DNA from: Cyanobacteria bacterium P01_D01_bin.156
GTDB taxonomy: Bacteria; Cyanobacteriota; Cyanobacteriia; Phormidesmidales; Phormidesmidaceae
Assembly: GCA_039024555.1 (NCBI GenBank)
Contig: JBCCQQ010000032.1
Span: forward strand, 1-64,000
Direction: 5' to 3'
DNA: 64,000 nucleotides
Shown: piece by piece, positions 21,414 through 30,454 of the stretch
Layout: each line of letters begins with the position of its first letter
How positions within the stretch are numbered: position 1 is the first letter of the stretch
Program-made: the position numbers and the translations under genes
Notes under the pieces: generated by a model
Databases searched by the model: none
Seen by the model: the letters and a program-made list of their open reading frames with translations, nothing else
Told to the model about the DNA's origin: nothing

Positions 21414-22811
21414 ATGGCCAACATGATATCTGTTATTAACCCCGCAACAGAAAAACTCATCGAAGAAATTCCCGTTGACGATAGTGCTGCCATCACACAA
21501 AAAGTACAACAAGCCCTCAGAGCTCAACCCGCTTGGGCTGCCAAAACCCTTGCAGACCGAATCACCCCGATCCAGACCTTTAGAAATCTACTAATAGAAC
21601 GCGCCGATACCCTAGCCGCAATATTAACCGCTGAAACCGGCAAACCCATCACCCAAGCAAAAAACGAAATCCTCGCCACCCCTCCGCGTATAGACTTTTT
21701 TATAGAAAACGTTGCCCAGGTTCTAGCGGCCCAGCGAGTATACCAAGAACCCTGGTCAGCTATTCCCAGCACCGGACAACTAGAAGAAATCATTACCTAC
21801 GACCCCCTAGGTGTTATCGCCAATATCTCCGCCTGGAACTATCCCTATTTTGTTGGGTCGAATGTGTTTATCCCCGCACTTCTGACTGGCAATGCCGTGG
21901 TGTATAAACCCTCAGAGATTGCGGCAATGACGGGGAATGCGATCGCAGCTCTCCTGCACGAATCCGGTATTCCCGAAGATATCTTTGTTCCCATTATTGG
22001 CACAGGTCTGGCCGGAGCCGCCCTCCTCGAACAACCCATCGATGGCGTTTTCTTCACCGGTTCTTACGCTACCGGGCAGAAGATTGCCATAGCCGCTGCC
22101 CCCAAGCTGATCAAAGTACAGCTAGAACTGGGGGGCAAAGACCCCGCCTATGTGTGTGACGATGTGGATGTGGCTACAGTGGCTGCAGCGTTAGCCGATG
22201 GAGCTTTTTATAACAATGGCCAAAGTTGTTGTGCGGTGGAGAGAATCTATGTACACGCCGACATCTACGAACCTTTTGTTGAAAAGTTTGTGCAAACAGT
22301 GCAAGGGTTTACCCTGGGTGACCCTGCTGACACCGAGACTTACCTAGGCCCCTTGAGCCGTAAACCTCAGCTGTCTGTCATCGAAGAACAGTTACAAGAT
22401 GCTATTGCCAAAGGAGCAAAAGTTCTCTGCGGTGGTCAGCCAGCAGATCGCCCCGGCTGGTATTTTACTCCCACAGTTTTAACCGAGGTCACCCATGAAA
22501 TGGCCATTATGCGCGAAGAAACCTTTGGTCCAGTCATTGGGATTCAACGGGTGGATAGGGATGATCAAGCGATGGCCCTGATGAATGACACCGACTATGG
22601 ACTTACGGCTGCGGTATATAGCTTTGACCGGGAACGGGCGGTGAAAATTTTAGGCCAGGTGAGTAGCGGCAGCGCCTATTGGAACTGTTGCGATCGCGTT
22701 AGCCCTCGGCTTCCCTGGACAGGCCGTAACCACTCAGGCATTGGTTCCACACTGTCTACACTAGGAATCGCTAACTTTTTGCAACCCAGGGGATGGCATT
22801 TAAGGAAATGA
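21414..22811 (+). CDS. NAD(P)-dependent aldehyde dehydrogenase
   Basis: WNYP, FTGS, LELGGKDP, NNGQSCCA and EETFGP. Confidence 0.95.
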   Translation: MANMISVINPATEKLIEEIPVDDSAAITQKVQQALRAQPAWAAKTLADRITPIQTFRNLLIERADTLAAILTAETGKPITQAKNEILATPPRIDFFIENVAQVLAAQRVYQEPWSAIPSTGQLEEIITYDPLGVIANISAWNYPYFVGSNVFIPALLTGNAVVYKPSEIAAMTGNAIAALLHESGIPEDIFVPIIGTGLAGAALLEQPIDGVFFTGSYATGQKIAIAAAPKLIKVQLELGGKDPAYVCDDVDVATVAAALADGAFYNNGQSCCAVERIYVHADIYEPFVEKFVQTVQGFTLGDPADTETYLGPLSRKPQLSVIEEQLQDAIAKGAKVLCGGQPADRPGWYFTPTVLTEVTHEMAIMREETFGPVIGIQRVDRDDQAMALMNDTDYGLTAAVYSFDRERAVKILGQVSSGSAYWNCCDRVSPRLPWTGRNHSGIGSTLSTLGIANFLQPRGWHLRK

Positions 22812-22818
22812 TGTGAGA

Positions 22819-23595
22819 TTAATCAGCCACTTGCATCTCTGATGTGTAGCAGATCCAGTCAGAGCGCGACAGTACTTTACCACAGGCCGCAGGCTGCTGT
22901 TCTTGCCAGTACACAACAAAATCAAAGACTAATAGTGGCATTCCCAATGGAATACTCAAGTAATCGCTCAGTTCATAGTTTGCTGGGACACTGCCTAACT
23001 TCACTTTCCCTGCATTTAGCTGAATGTTATTTGCTTTTAGCGTGCTGTAGGTAAAACTCTTTTGTAATTGTACCGAAAGCGATTGGCCAATGTTTTCAGG
23101 AAAGTAATCTGTTTCCAACGCAATGGGCACATTATCGGCATAGATAATTTTTTTTTGACAGTAAACAGTGGCTTCAGGAGAAACCTGTAAGGTTGATGCT
23201 ATCTCTGCGTTTGTCTGAATCGGGTCATACTGTAAGGATTGGATATGCCCGGTATAGCCTTGTTCCTGTAAGGCAATATCAAAGTGTGTGAGCGGATCGG
23301 CCATAGAAATACTAATCTTTTGACGACCGCTAACAAAACTGCCTTTTCCCCGCTGACTTCTGACTAAACCTTGTTGAATCAGATTAGAGAGCGCTTTACG
23401 AATTGTTGTGCGGCTAACGCCAAAAATCTGACCTAAATCAAATTCACTCGGCAAACGCGCCCCTGGTTCATACTGGCCTGCTTCAATTTTTATCCTTAAC
23501 TGTTCTGCAATAACAATATGCAGCGGTTGCTTGTCTGTACTCGGTTCAAGTAGAACCATAAACGATCTATCATTTCCAGAGATTACTCGAACCAT
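22819..23595 (-). CDS. GntR family (HutC/UTRA) transcriptional regulator
   Basis: LPSEFDL..FGVSRTTIRKAL..L...G...RGKGSFV wHTH plus a UTRA-sized C-terminus. Alternative start at 23559. Confidence 0.92.
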   Translation of the reverse strand: MVRVISGNDRSFMVLLEPSTDKQPLHIVIAEQLRIKIEAGQYEPGARLPSEFDLGQIFGVSRTTIRKALSNLIQQGLVRSQRGKGSFVSGRQKISISMADPLTHFDIALQEQGYTGHIQSLQYDPIQTNAEIASTLQVSPEATVYCQKKIIYADNVPIALETDYFPENIGQSLSVQLQKSFTYSTLKANNIQLNAGKVKLGSVPANYELSDYLSIPLGMPLLVFDFVVYWQEQQPAACGKVLSRSDWICYTSEMQVAD

Positions 23596-23617
23596 ACTAT
23601 AACCTCTGGTCGGTTAG

Positions 23618-24802
23618 TCAATTTGCCGTTGCTGAACCCGATGCCGACGCCCCTACGGGTTGAAAGCGAGCGAGCTTGAACAAACTGGTGTCGTGGGGCG
23701 TACTGTCATGGACAGCCAAATCGGCCAGCATCTTCCCCATGAGTGTGGTGAACTTAAACCCATGTCCAGAGAACCCAGCACCAATAATCACATTGGCATG
23801 GTCAGGATGTTGGTCCACAATAAAATCTTTGTTGGGGGTAAGCGTATAGAGACAACGGCGTGTGCTGATCAGAGGACCCGCCGCACCGGGGATATACTCC
23901 CGAGCAAAATCTCGAATGTGTTCCGTCCACTCCTGACTGGGTGTGTAGTCCACCTCACTGGGGCTATTAACCGTATCCCATCCATAGAATGTGGTGAGTT
24001 TGACGCCGAGCCTGGCATCTTCATGGGGAATACCGTAGGGCATTTCGCCATAGATACCGTTCATATGGGCAAAGAATACCGGAAAGGTTCCTGGGACAAA
24101 GTTGTCAGGGTTGTCGGGTTGGTAAAAGCCCAGCTGACAGGGCATCACCTTGAGCGGTAAATCAATACCTTGGGTGGCCAAGAGTGCTTTGGCCCAGCTA
24201 CCCACGGTAAGAACAATGCGATCGCAGCTAAATACCTCTTTAGCTGTTTGAACCTCCACACCATTTTCTCCAGGCATGACCTTCAGCACAGGCGTTTCAG
24301 CCATGATTTGTGCCCCACGCCCCTGAGCTAAACGTTGATGAGCCAACACACATCGGGATGTGCGCAACAGCCCTGCTTCGGACTGGAACAGCCCGACCAT
24401 GCCATCCTTCAACGTGAACTGGGGATAACGCTGCTGAATATCCGCCTGACTGAGATATTCATACTCCAGCTCAGCCTGATTCATACTGCTTTTAAGCTTC
24501 TGTAACGTAGGCGTATCGGGAAAGCCAAAATCCAGACCCCCGGTTTTTACATAAAGCTGTTCCCCAGCCTCTTCCTGCAGGGCAAACCACAGAGGATAGG
24601 CATCCCGCATCAGATTAATGTAGATGGGGTTGTCGTAGGTGTAGCGAATAACGCGGGAATAGCCGTAGGAACTGCCGTTACGATGGTCCAGCTCGAACTG
24701 TTCGAGCAGTAAAACCCGTTGCCCCGCTTTAGCCAAGTAGTAGGCAGCTGCACTGCCAACACCACCGGCCCCAATGACAATGGCATCAAAATGTTGACCC
24801 AT
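23618..24802 (-). CDS. solA: Monomeric sarcosine oxidase / N-methyl-L-tryptophan oxidase family flavoprotein
   Basis: GAGGVG FAD motif, GSSYGYSRVIR, RCLYT (covalent FAD Cys) and GFSGHGFKF. Confidence 0.85.
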   Translation of the reverse strand: MGQHFDAIVIGAGGVGSAAAYYLAKAGQRVLLLEQFELDHRNGSSYGYSRVIRYTYDNPIYINLMRDAYPLWFALQEEAGEQLYVKTGGLDFGFPDTPTLQKLKSSMNQAELEYEYLSQADIQQRYPQFTLKDGMVGLFQSEAGLLRTSRCVLAHQRLAQGRGAQIMAETPVLKVMPGENGVEVQTAKEVFSCDRIVLTVGSWAKALLATQGIDLPLKVMPCQLGFYQPDNPDNFVPGTFPVFFAHMNGIYGEMPYGIPHEDARLGVKLTTFYGWDTVNSPSEVDYTPSQEWTEHIRDFAREYIPGAAGPLISTRRCLYTLTPNKDFIVDQHPDHANVIIGAGFSGHGFKFTTLMGKMLADLAVHDSTPHDTSLFKLARFQPVGASASGSATAN

Positions 24803-25271
24803 AAATGAATGTTCTCCTCGTTTAAGGGATCGTGGGCATAAGCTTACTGGGCAATTGCTTTTTCAGCCATCGCTGATGTTTTCTAAATGAAAGAGCATTA
24901 GAAACTTGGATATTCGCTTCAGGATAAAGCGAATTTTGCGTGACCTTTGTCTTCATATATACCAGTTGTTATTACATGTATTAAATGTCAAAGAGTTCTG
25001 ATTAAAATCCTATTTTTTGACGATTTAGGCTCTAGTGGCTAATAGATTGAATGTCTGGAGATCTTGAAAATATCTTGATTGGAAAACTATAAAAGTTGCT
25101 TTCAAACTTCAGTCTAGAGTTGTAATTTCCTCTTAGGTAAAGGATTTTACGGTTTATCTAGAATATGTAAGCCGTGCTTTTTGGTTGGCTGTGTTTTTAG
25201 AGAAAGTCTAGAAAATGTCATATTTTTGACACTTTAAATAAAGTTTGAATCCATATTCTGTATTTATAGGA

Positions 25272-25285
25272 CTTGTAATTACAAG
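25272..25285. promoter_or_regulatory. Probable GntR operator
   Basis: Perfect palindrome CTTGTAATTACAAG, with a related copy GTTGTTATTACATG at 24965-24978 in the same divergent promoter region. Confidence 0.55.
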
Positions 25286-25340
25286 CGAGTATTTTTGATT
25301 TTGGTCTAAAACTTGGTCAAGAGTAATTGTCATTATTCTG

Positions 25341-26582
25341 GTGGGGTGCGTGACAATGAGGCAGAGTATGGATTCTCCCTCCGTTCTTTCAGAACCTGTT
25401 AGTGATACTGTCGAATTTCAAGTGTCGGAAACATCTTTAGGGTCCTCTATTGTTTCCCAAAAGAATCATCAATATGGTCTTTCAGCAGAGGCTTATACCT
25501 GTGCTAACTATTTAGAACGAGAACGTCAGACAGTTTTTAGTAACTATTGGGTCTGCGCTGGCTTAGCCTCGGATTTGCCGAATCCTGGGGATGTGTATCC
25601 CACTACGGTGGCGGGTATACCGATTGTTTTGGTGCGCGATCGCAAACGCCCTAATCAATTAGGTGCGCCGCCCCTACGAGCCTTTCACAATATCTGTCGT
25701 CATCGGGGTCTACAGCTAGTTGATAAACCCTGTAATACCAATGGTCGTATCCAATGTCCCTACCACTCATGGACCTATCTGTTAGATGGAACACTGAAAG
25801 GGACTCCTCATTTTGGTGGATACTACAAGGATTCCTACAGTGGGTTTGATCGAGCCAAGCATGGTCTCCTGCCGATTCGATGTGAACAGTGGCTTGACAT
25901 GATTTTTGTCAACCTTTCCGGTGATGCTCCGCCACTGACGGATTACTTGCAACCGGTTATTGAGCGATGGGCAGACTACGACCTGAGCTTACTCAGACAT
26001 GAGCCGCGAGAAGTGGGTCTGCAATGTCATGCTAACTGGAAGCTAGCGGTGGAAAACTTTTCTGAAAGTTATCACCTGACCTGGGTTCACCCGTCCCTTA
26101 ATGATTGTTCGCGCATGGAGGATCACTTTACCTTTGAGGTGGGTGGCCCCCACGTGGGTCAGGGGAGTCTAATGTACAAAAGTGGTGTTCTAGACCAGCG
26201 TTCACTACCCACACTGCCCAATCTAGAAGCCTTAGACAAACAAACCGTTGCCGAATACATTACCGTCTTTCCAAACCTGATGTTAGGGGTCCATCCTGAC
26301 TACTTTTTAGTCTTTTTGGTTAACCCCGTCACTCCCAGTGAATCTGAAGAGCGAATGGCCTTCTATTTTGTCGGCGATGATGCAATGACACCTGAGAATC
26401 GAGCCCTGCGGCATCTGCCTATCGATCTATGGAAAGTTACTAACGATGAAGACATTGAGATGATCGAACGGATGCAAACAGGCCGTCGGTCCCCTGGGTT
26501 TGATGGTGGTCGTTTTTCTCCTGCATTGGAGCAGCCGGTTTATCAGTTTCAACAAGAAATTGCTAAAGCAGTCGGTAAGTAA
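25341..26582 (+). CDS. Rieske non-heme iron oxygenase alpha subunit (choline monooxygenase/glycine-betaine demethylase-like)
   Basis: CRHRG...CPYHSW Rieske motif, NWKLAVENFSESYH..WVH iron site and EDIEMIE. Confidence 0.9.
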   Translation: MGCVTMRQSMDSPSVLSEPVSDTVEFQVSETSLGSSIVSQKNHQYGLSAEAYTCANYLERERQTVFSNYWVCAGLASDLPNPGDVYPTTVAGIPIVLVRDRKRPNQLGAPPLRAFHNICRHRGLQLVDKPCNTNGRIQCPYHSWTYLLDGTLKGTPHFGGYYKDSYSGFDRAKHGLLPIRCEQWLDMIFVNLSGDAPPLTDYLQPVIERWADYDLSLLRHEPREVGLQCHANWKLAVENFSESYHLTWVHPSLNDCSRMEDHFTFEVGGPHVGQGSLMYKSGVLDQRSLPTLPNLEALDKQTVAEYITVFPNLMLGVHPDYFLVFLVNPVTPSESEERMAFYFVGDDAMTPENRALRHLPIDLWKVTNDEDIEMIERMQTGRRSPGFDGGRFSPALEQPVYQFQQEIAKAVGK

Positions 26583-26650
26583 GTGACTAATTAGCTACCA
26601 GAGAACGAGGCCCTCCCGTTTCCCAATCCTCAGGGAGACTAGATCTAAAG

Positions 26651-26674
26651 CCCCCAGAATTGGGGGTTGGGGGC
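26651..26674. repeat. Short GC-rich palindromic dispersed repeat
   Basis: CCCCCAGAATTGGGGG followed by TTGGGGGC, intergenic. Confidence 0.5.
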
Positions 26675-26772
26675 AAATCCCCGGCCGTTTAACAGGCTGT
26701 GTGTATCCCATAAAAGCTTGAGTTCATCTACTTAGTTTCTTTTCCTCTGCCCCTCATATCCCTAAATTTGCC

Positions 26773-29193
26773 ATGAAAACAAGTGCATCTGTCGTCATTA
26801 TCGGTGCGGGTATCGTTGGCTGTAGCACCGCCTATCACCTGGCCAAATTAGGGTGGAAAAATATTGTTGTGGTTGAGCAAGGCCCCTTATTTGCCACTGG
26901 AGGGTCCACATCCCATGCCCCTGGCCTGGTGTTTCAGACAAATCCCTCTAAAACCATGACCCAGTTGGCTAAATACACCGCTGAACTATACAGTCAGCTC
27001 AGCACGGATGAGGGACCCGCTTACTATGCCGTTGGCGGCATTGAAGTTGCCTACACGGCAGACCGGATGCAGGAGCTTAGGCGTAAGCTGGGTTGGGCTA
27101 AATCCTGGGGTGTGGAAGGAGCCTGTCTTCTTAGTCCAGCGGAGGTCAAGGCGAAAGTCCCCCTAATTGATGAAACCAAAATTTTAGGGGGATATTATGT
27201 CCCCACGGATGGCATCGCCAAGGCTCTGCGTGCGGCTGAAGCCCTGGCTAGGGAGGCCGATGAAGGGGCTATATTTTATGGAGAAACTTTGGTCACCGAT
27301 ATTAATGTGGTCGATGACAAGGTACAGGCCGTTATTACCGATAAGGGCCGCATTGAAACCGATAAAGTACTTGTCTGTGCAGGAATTTGGGGACCCCGAG
27401 TCGGTCGAATGGTGGGAGAGATTATTCCCCTAACTCCGGTTCAGCATCAATATGTTAAAACCAGTCCCATCCCTGAACTGGCCGGGATGACAGACGAAGT
27501 TACATTACCCATGATTCGGCACCAAGACCATGCCATGTATTTTCGGCAGCATGGTGACTGCTGGGGCATTGGTTCGTATCAACATAAGCCCCTCCTGGTG
27601 GACCCAGATAATATTTTGCCCTATGCAGAAGCGCCGGTCATGCCATCGGTGATGCCTTTTACTGAAGAGCATTTTACCCCTGCCTGGGAATCGACCAAGG
27701 AGTTGTTTCCGTCGATGGCAAATGCAGAACTCACCTACAAGATAAATGGCATGTTCTCCTTTACTCCGGACAGTGGTTCCGTCGTTGGAGAATCTTCTAA
27801 AACGAAGGGCTTTTGGGTTGCTGAGGCGGTGTGGGTAACCCACGGTGGCGGTGTGGGTAAAGTGGTGGCAGACCTGATGACCACTGGTGTTAGTAGCTTT
27901 GACCTACACGAAATGGATATTCATCGTTTTCCCGATGTTTATAAGGGAACGGACTACATCCTCAAGTCTGGGGCACAGCAGTATGACGAGGTATACGACA
28001 TTATCCACCCGCTGGATCAGCAAACCCATTCACGAGAGTTGCGGGTTAGTCCCTTTTACCCGCGTCTTAAAGAGTTGGGGGCACAGTTTGTCGTCAGTGC
28101 AGGTTGGGAACGACCTCAATACTTTGAGACTAATGCCGCTCTCTTAGAGGATTATTCTATTCCCCAGCGTCAGGGATGGGCGGCCAAAAACTGGTCTCCG
28201 ATTCAAGGGGCTGAGCACTTGGTCACCCGCGATCGCGTTGCCCTTTACGATTTGACTCCCTTTGCCAAATTTGAAATCACTGGCCCTGGCGTAGTCGAGT
28301 ATTTACAAAATCTCTGTGCCAACAATATAGACAAACCGATTGGCAAGGTGATTTACACCGCCATGTTAGATACTAATGGCGGCATCATGTGTGATTTGAC
28401 CGTCAGCCGGTTAGGGCCTCAAAAATACTGGGTGGTTACGGGAGGTTCGGTGCATGGTCATGATTTAGCTTGGATGCGATCGCATTTACCATCCGATAAT
28501 TCTGTTCAGATTGCAGATATATCGTCTAGTTACTGCTGTGTTGGCTTATGGGGGCCAAACGCTGAGGCAGTTTTGCAGTCTCTTACCAGCGTTAATGTAT
28601 CAAAGTCAGCCTTTGGGTTCTTTACCAATCAGGCATTCTACATTGGCAACATTCCAGTCCTAGCGTCGCGTGTGTCCTATGTCGGTGAAGAGGGCTGGGA
28701 GATCTATTCTTTAACAGAATCAGGCTTAAAGCTATGGGATATGCTATGGGCTGCGGGGCAAGAGCATGGCATGATTGCAGCTGGTATGGGGGCATTTGAC
28801 ACCCTCCGTTTAGAAAAGGGCTTTCTACTGTGGGGCAGTGATATTCACACCGAGTACGACCCTTATGAAGCAGGGTTAGGCTTTGCTGTTAAACCCAATA
28901 AGGGAGACTTTATTGGTAAAGATGCCCTACTGCAACGGCAACAATATTCTAGTCGACAGCTTTGCTATCTGACCCTGGATGATCCGACAGCTGTGGTGAT
29001 GGGAAAAGAACCGGTGATTGCCAGTGATGGCAAAGTGTTGGGGTATGTAACTAGTGCTGGCTATGGCTATAGTCTGGGGCGATGTGTTGCCTATGCTTAT
29101 TTGCCATTGGGATATACCACTCCAGGCACAGAGGTAACTATCGAATATTTTGATCAGGCATTGGCTGCCAAAGTTGTCGAGACTCTTATTTAG
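26773..29193 (+). CDS. Dimethylglycine oxidase/dehydrogenase-like FAD oxidoreductase with GcvT (folate-binding) domain
   Basis: GAGIVG, GGSTSHAPG (covalent-FAD His), GWERP, RVSYVGEEGWEI and LRLEKGF; 806 aa. Confidence 0.9.
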   Translation: MKTSASVVIIGAGIVGCSTAYHLAKLGWKNIVVVEQGPLFATGGSTSHAPGLVFQTNPSKTMTQLAKYTAELYSQLSTDEGPAYYAVGGIEVAYTADRMQELRRKLGWAKSWGVEGACLLSPAEVKAKVPLIDETKILGGYYVPTDGIAKALRAAEALAREADEGAIFYGETLVTDINVVDDKVQAVITDKGRIETDKVLVCAGIWGPRVGRMVGEIIPLTPVQHQYVKTSPIPELAGMTDEVTLPMIRHQDHAMYFRQHGDCWGIGSYQHKPLLVDPDNILPYAEAPVMPSVMPFTEEHFTPAWESTKELFPSMANAELTYKINGMFSFTPDSGSVVGESSKTKGFWVAEAVWVTHGGGVGKVVADLMTTGVSSFDLHEMDIHRFPDVYKGTDYILKSGAQQYDEVYDIIHPLDQQTHSRELRVSPFYPRLKELGAQFVVSAGWERPQYFETNAALLEDYSIPQRQGWAAKNWSPIQGAEHLVTRDRVALYDLTPFAKFEITGPGVVEYLQNLCANNIDKPIGKVIYTAMLDTNGGIMCDLTVSRLGPQKYWVVTGGSVHGHDLAWMRSHLPSDNSVQIADISSSYCCVGLWGPNAEAVLQSLTSVNVSKSAFGFFTNQAFYIGNIPVLASRVSYVGEEGWEIYSLTESGLKLWDMLWAAGQEHGMIAAGMGAFDTLRLEKGFLLWGSDIHTEYDPYEAGLGFAVKPNKGDFIGKDALLQRQQYSSRQLCYLTLDDPTAVVMGKEPVIASDGKVLGYVTSAGYGYSLGRCVAYAYLPLGYTTPGTEVTIEYFDQALAAKVVETLI

Positions 29194-29411
29194 AGCGATT
29201 TCCTAGAGGTACTACCCTTATTAAGTTGTTGAATTAGATTTTAGAATAGGTGAATAGTGTAATGTTTACTGAAACGGTTGCGAGCTCGTCAGTGCTTGAC
29301 TCTATTGAACAGGCCAAAATTTTTCAGGCATTGGTTCTGAACTTTCTAAACCAGGCATAGCTAAATTTCTGCAGCCAAGGGCATGGTATTTAAGAAAATG
29401 TAAATAATTGT

Positions 29412-30443
29412 TCAGAGATGTTTTTCAACTTTAAGAATATGCTTAATCAAAGGTAGATAAAGTGTGTTGTCAAGGTGATTGAGATACCAGCTTTCATAAT
29501 CACCAGTGACTAGGTGTTCCTGAATTAGTCGTGATTCTTCTAAAAGAACCCAAAGATTATGAGTCGCGCGATTCCGGAAGCCATGGACTAAATTTGCTCT
29601 CAATCCTTCGGTACCATATCTCTGACAAGCTGGACAAGGACAATTCTCAAGGATTTTCCATTCCCGCTTATCAGGTTTTCGCCCACGCCAACTACCCAAC
29701 TCTGCGACCATTCGATCTCCCGTTCCAGGTAGTTGAACTATTCCCCGTGCAGCACGATTGCGCCATCCACTAGAATCTCCTGAATTAATTCCTAGCAATG
29801 TTGCAATATGTAATGTAACTGTCCCACCTATTCCAAAGACATGAATTTTTTTATCCTTAAACTCATTACGTACATGCAAAAGGCTCTCTAGAATTTTTTG
29901 TGGATGCATTGCTTTTGGAGCTTTAAGGAGGTTAGGTACAATGCCACCCAAGGCAATTGATTCTTTCCTCAAAAGCGATTTGTAAGATTTTAGACGACTA
30001 ATATATTCCTCTAAAACACTGCTGATATGGATAACTGGAATATATTTCCCTTGCCAGTAACGACGGTTCATATCCATTGTGAGATGAAGGCATTCTTGTT
30101 GTTCAGCTGCCGTCATTTTAGGTGTAGGAATAAAGTCTTGTGGAATAGGGTACCAATCAGGTTTGGCGTATTTCACAAATTCGGAATACTCTTTAACTGG
30201 ATTTTCTCCACCATGAGTAATAAAGTAAAAGGAACCATTATCTAGATAAATTTTTACATGGTTAGGTACTTCTAATAACTCGTGAAGTCCTTTTTCCATT
30301 GCTTGAGCCCTACGTTTAGGCATTTTATGAAAATCGGCATAAGAGACCATTATTGCTTGTAAGTTTGGTAAATAATATTCAGACTCAGAACTCCAAACAC
30401 GTGGGTTTAACGATCTCAAAGTTATGCCTGCAACTATTTGCAC
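29412..30443 (-). CDS. tRNA/DNA-guanine transglycosylase (TGT)-fold protein, DpdA/arcTGT-like, without PUA domain
   Basis: YLDNGSF, PQDFIP, IPVIH, ALGGIVP, IHVFGIG, NSGDSSGW and Zn site CPCPAC...THN. GTG start with AGGA upstream. Confidence 0.8.
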   Translation of the reverse strand: MQIVAGITLRSLNPRVWSSESEYYLPNLQAIMVSYADFHKMPKRRAQAMEKGLHELLEVPNHVKIYLDNGSFYFITHGGENPVKEYSEFVKYAKPDWYPIPQDFIPTPKMTAAEQQECLHLTMDMNRRYWQGKYIPVIHISSVLEEYISRLKSYKSLLRKESIALGGIVPNLLKAPKAMHPQKILESLLHVRNEFKDKKIHVFGIGGTVTLHIATLLGINSGDSSGWRNRAARGIVQLPGTGDRMVAELGSWRGRKPDKREWKILENCPCPACQRYGTEGLRANLVHGFRNRATHNLWVLLEESRLIQEHLVTGDYESWYLNHLDNTLYLPLIKHILKVEKHL

Positions 30444-30454
30444 AAAAAATATTC

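Noticed and set aside
29412..30443. Housekeeping queuine tRNA-ribosyltransferase (tgt)
   Set aside because: It lacks canonical DSGGFQ/QGG/MFDCV motifs and sits in an AT-rich HerA/NurA operon.
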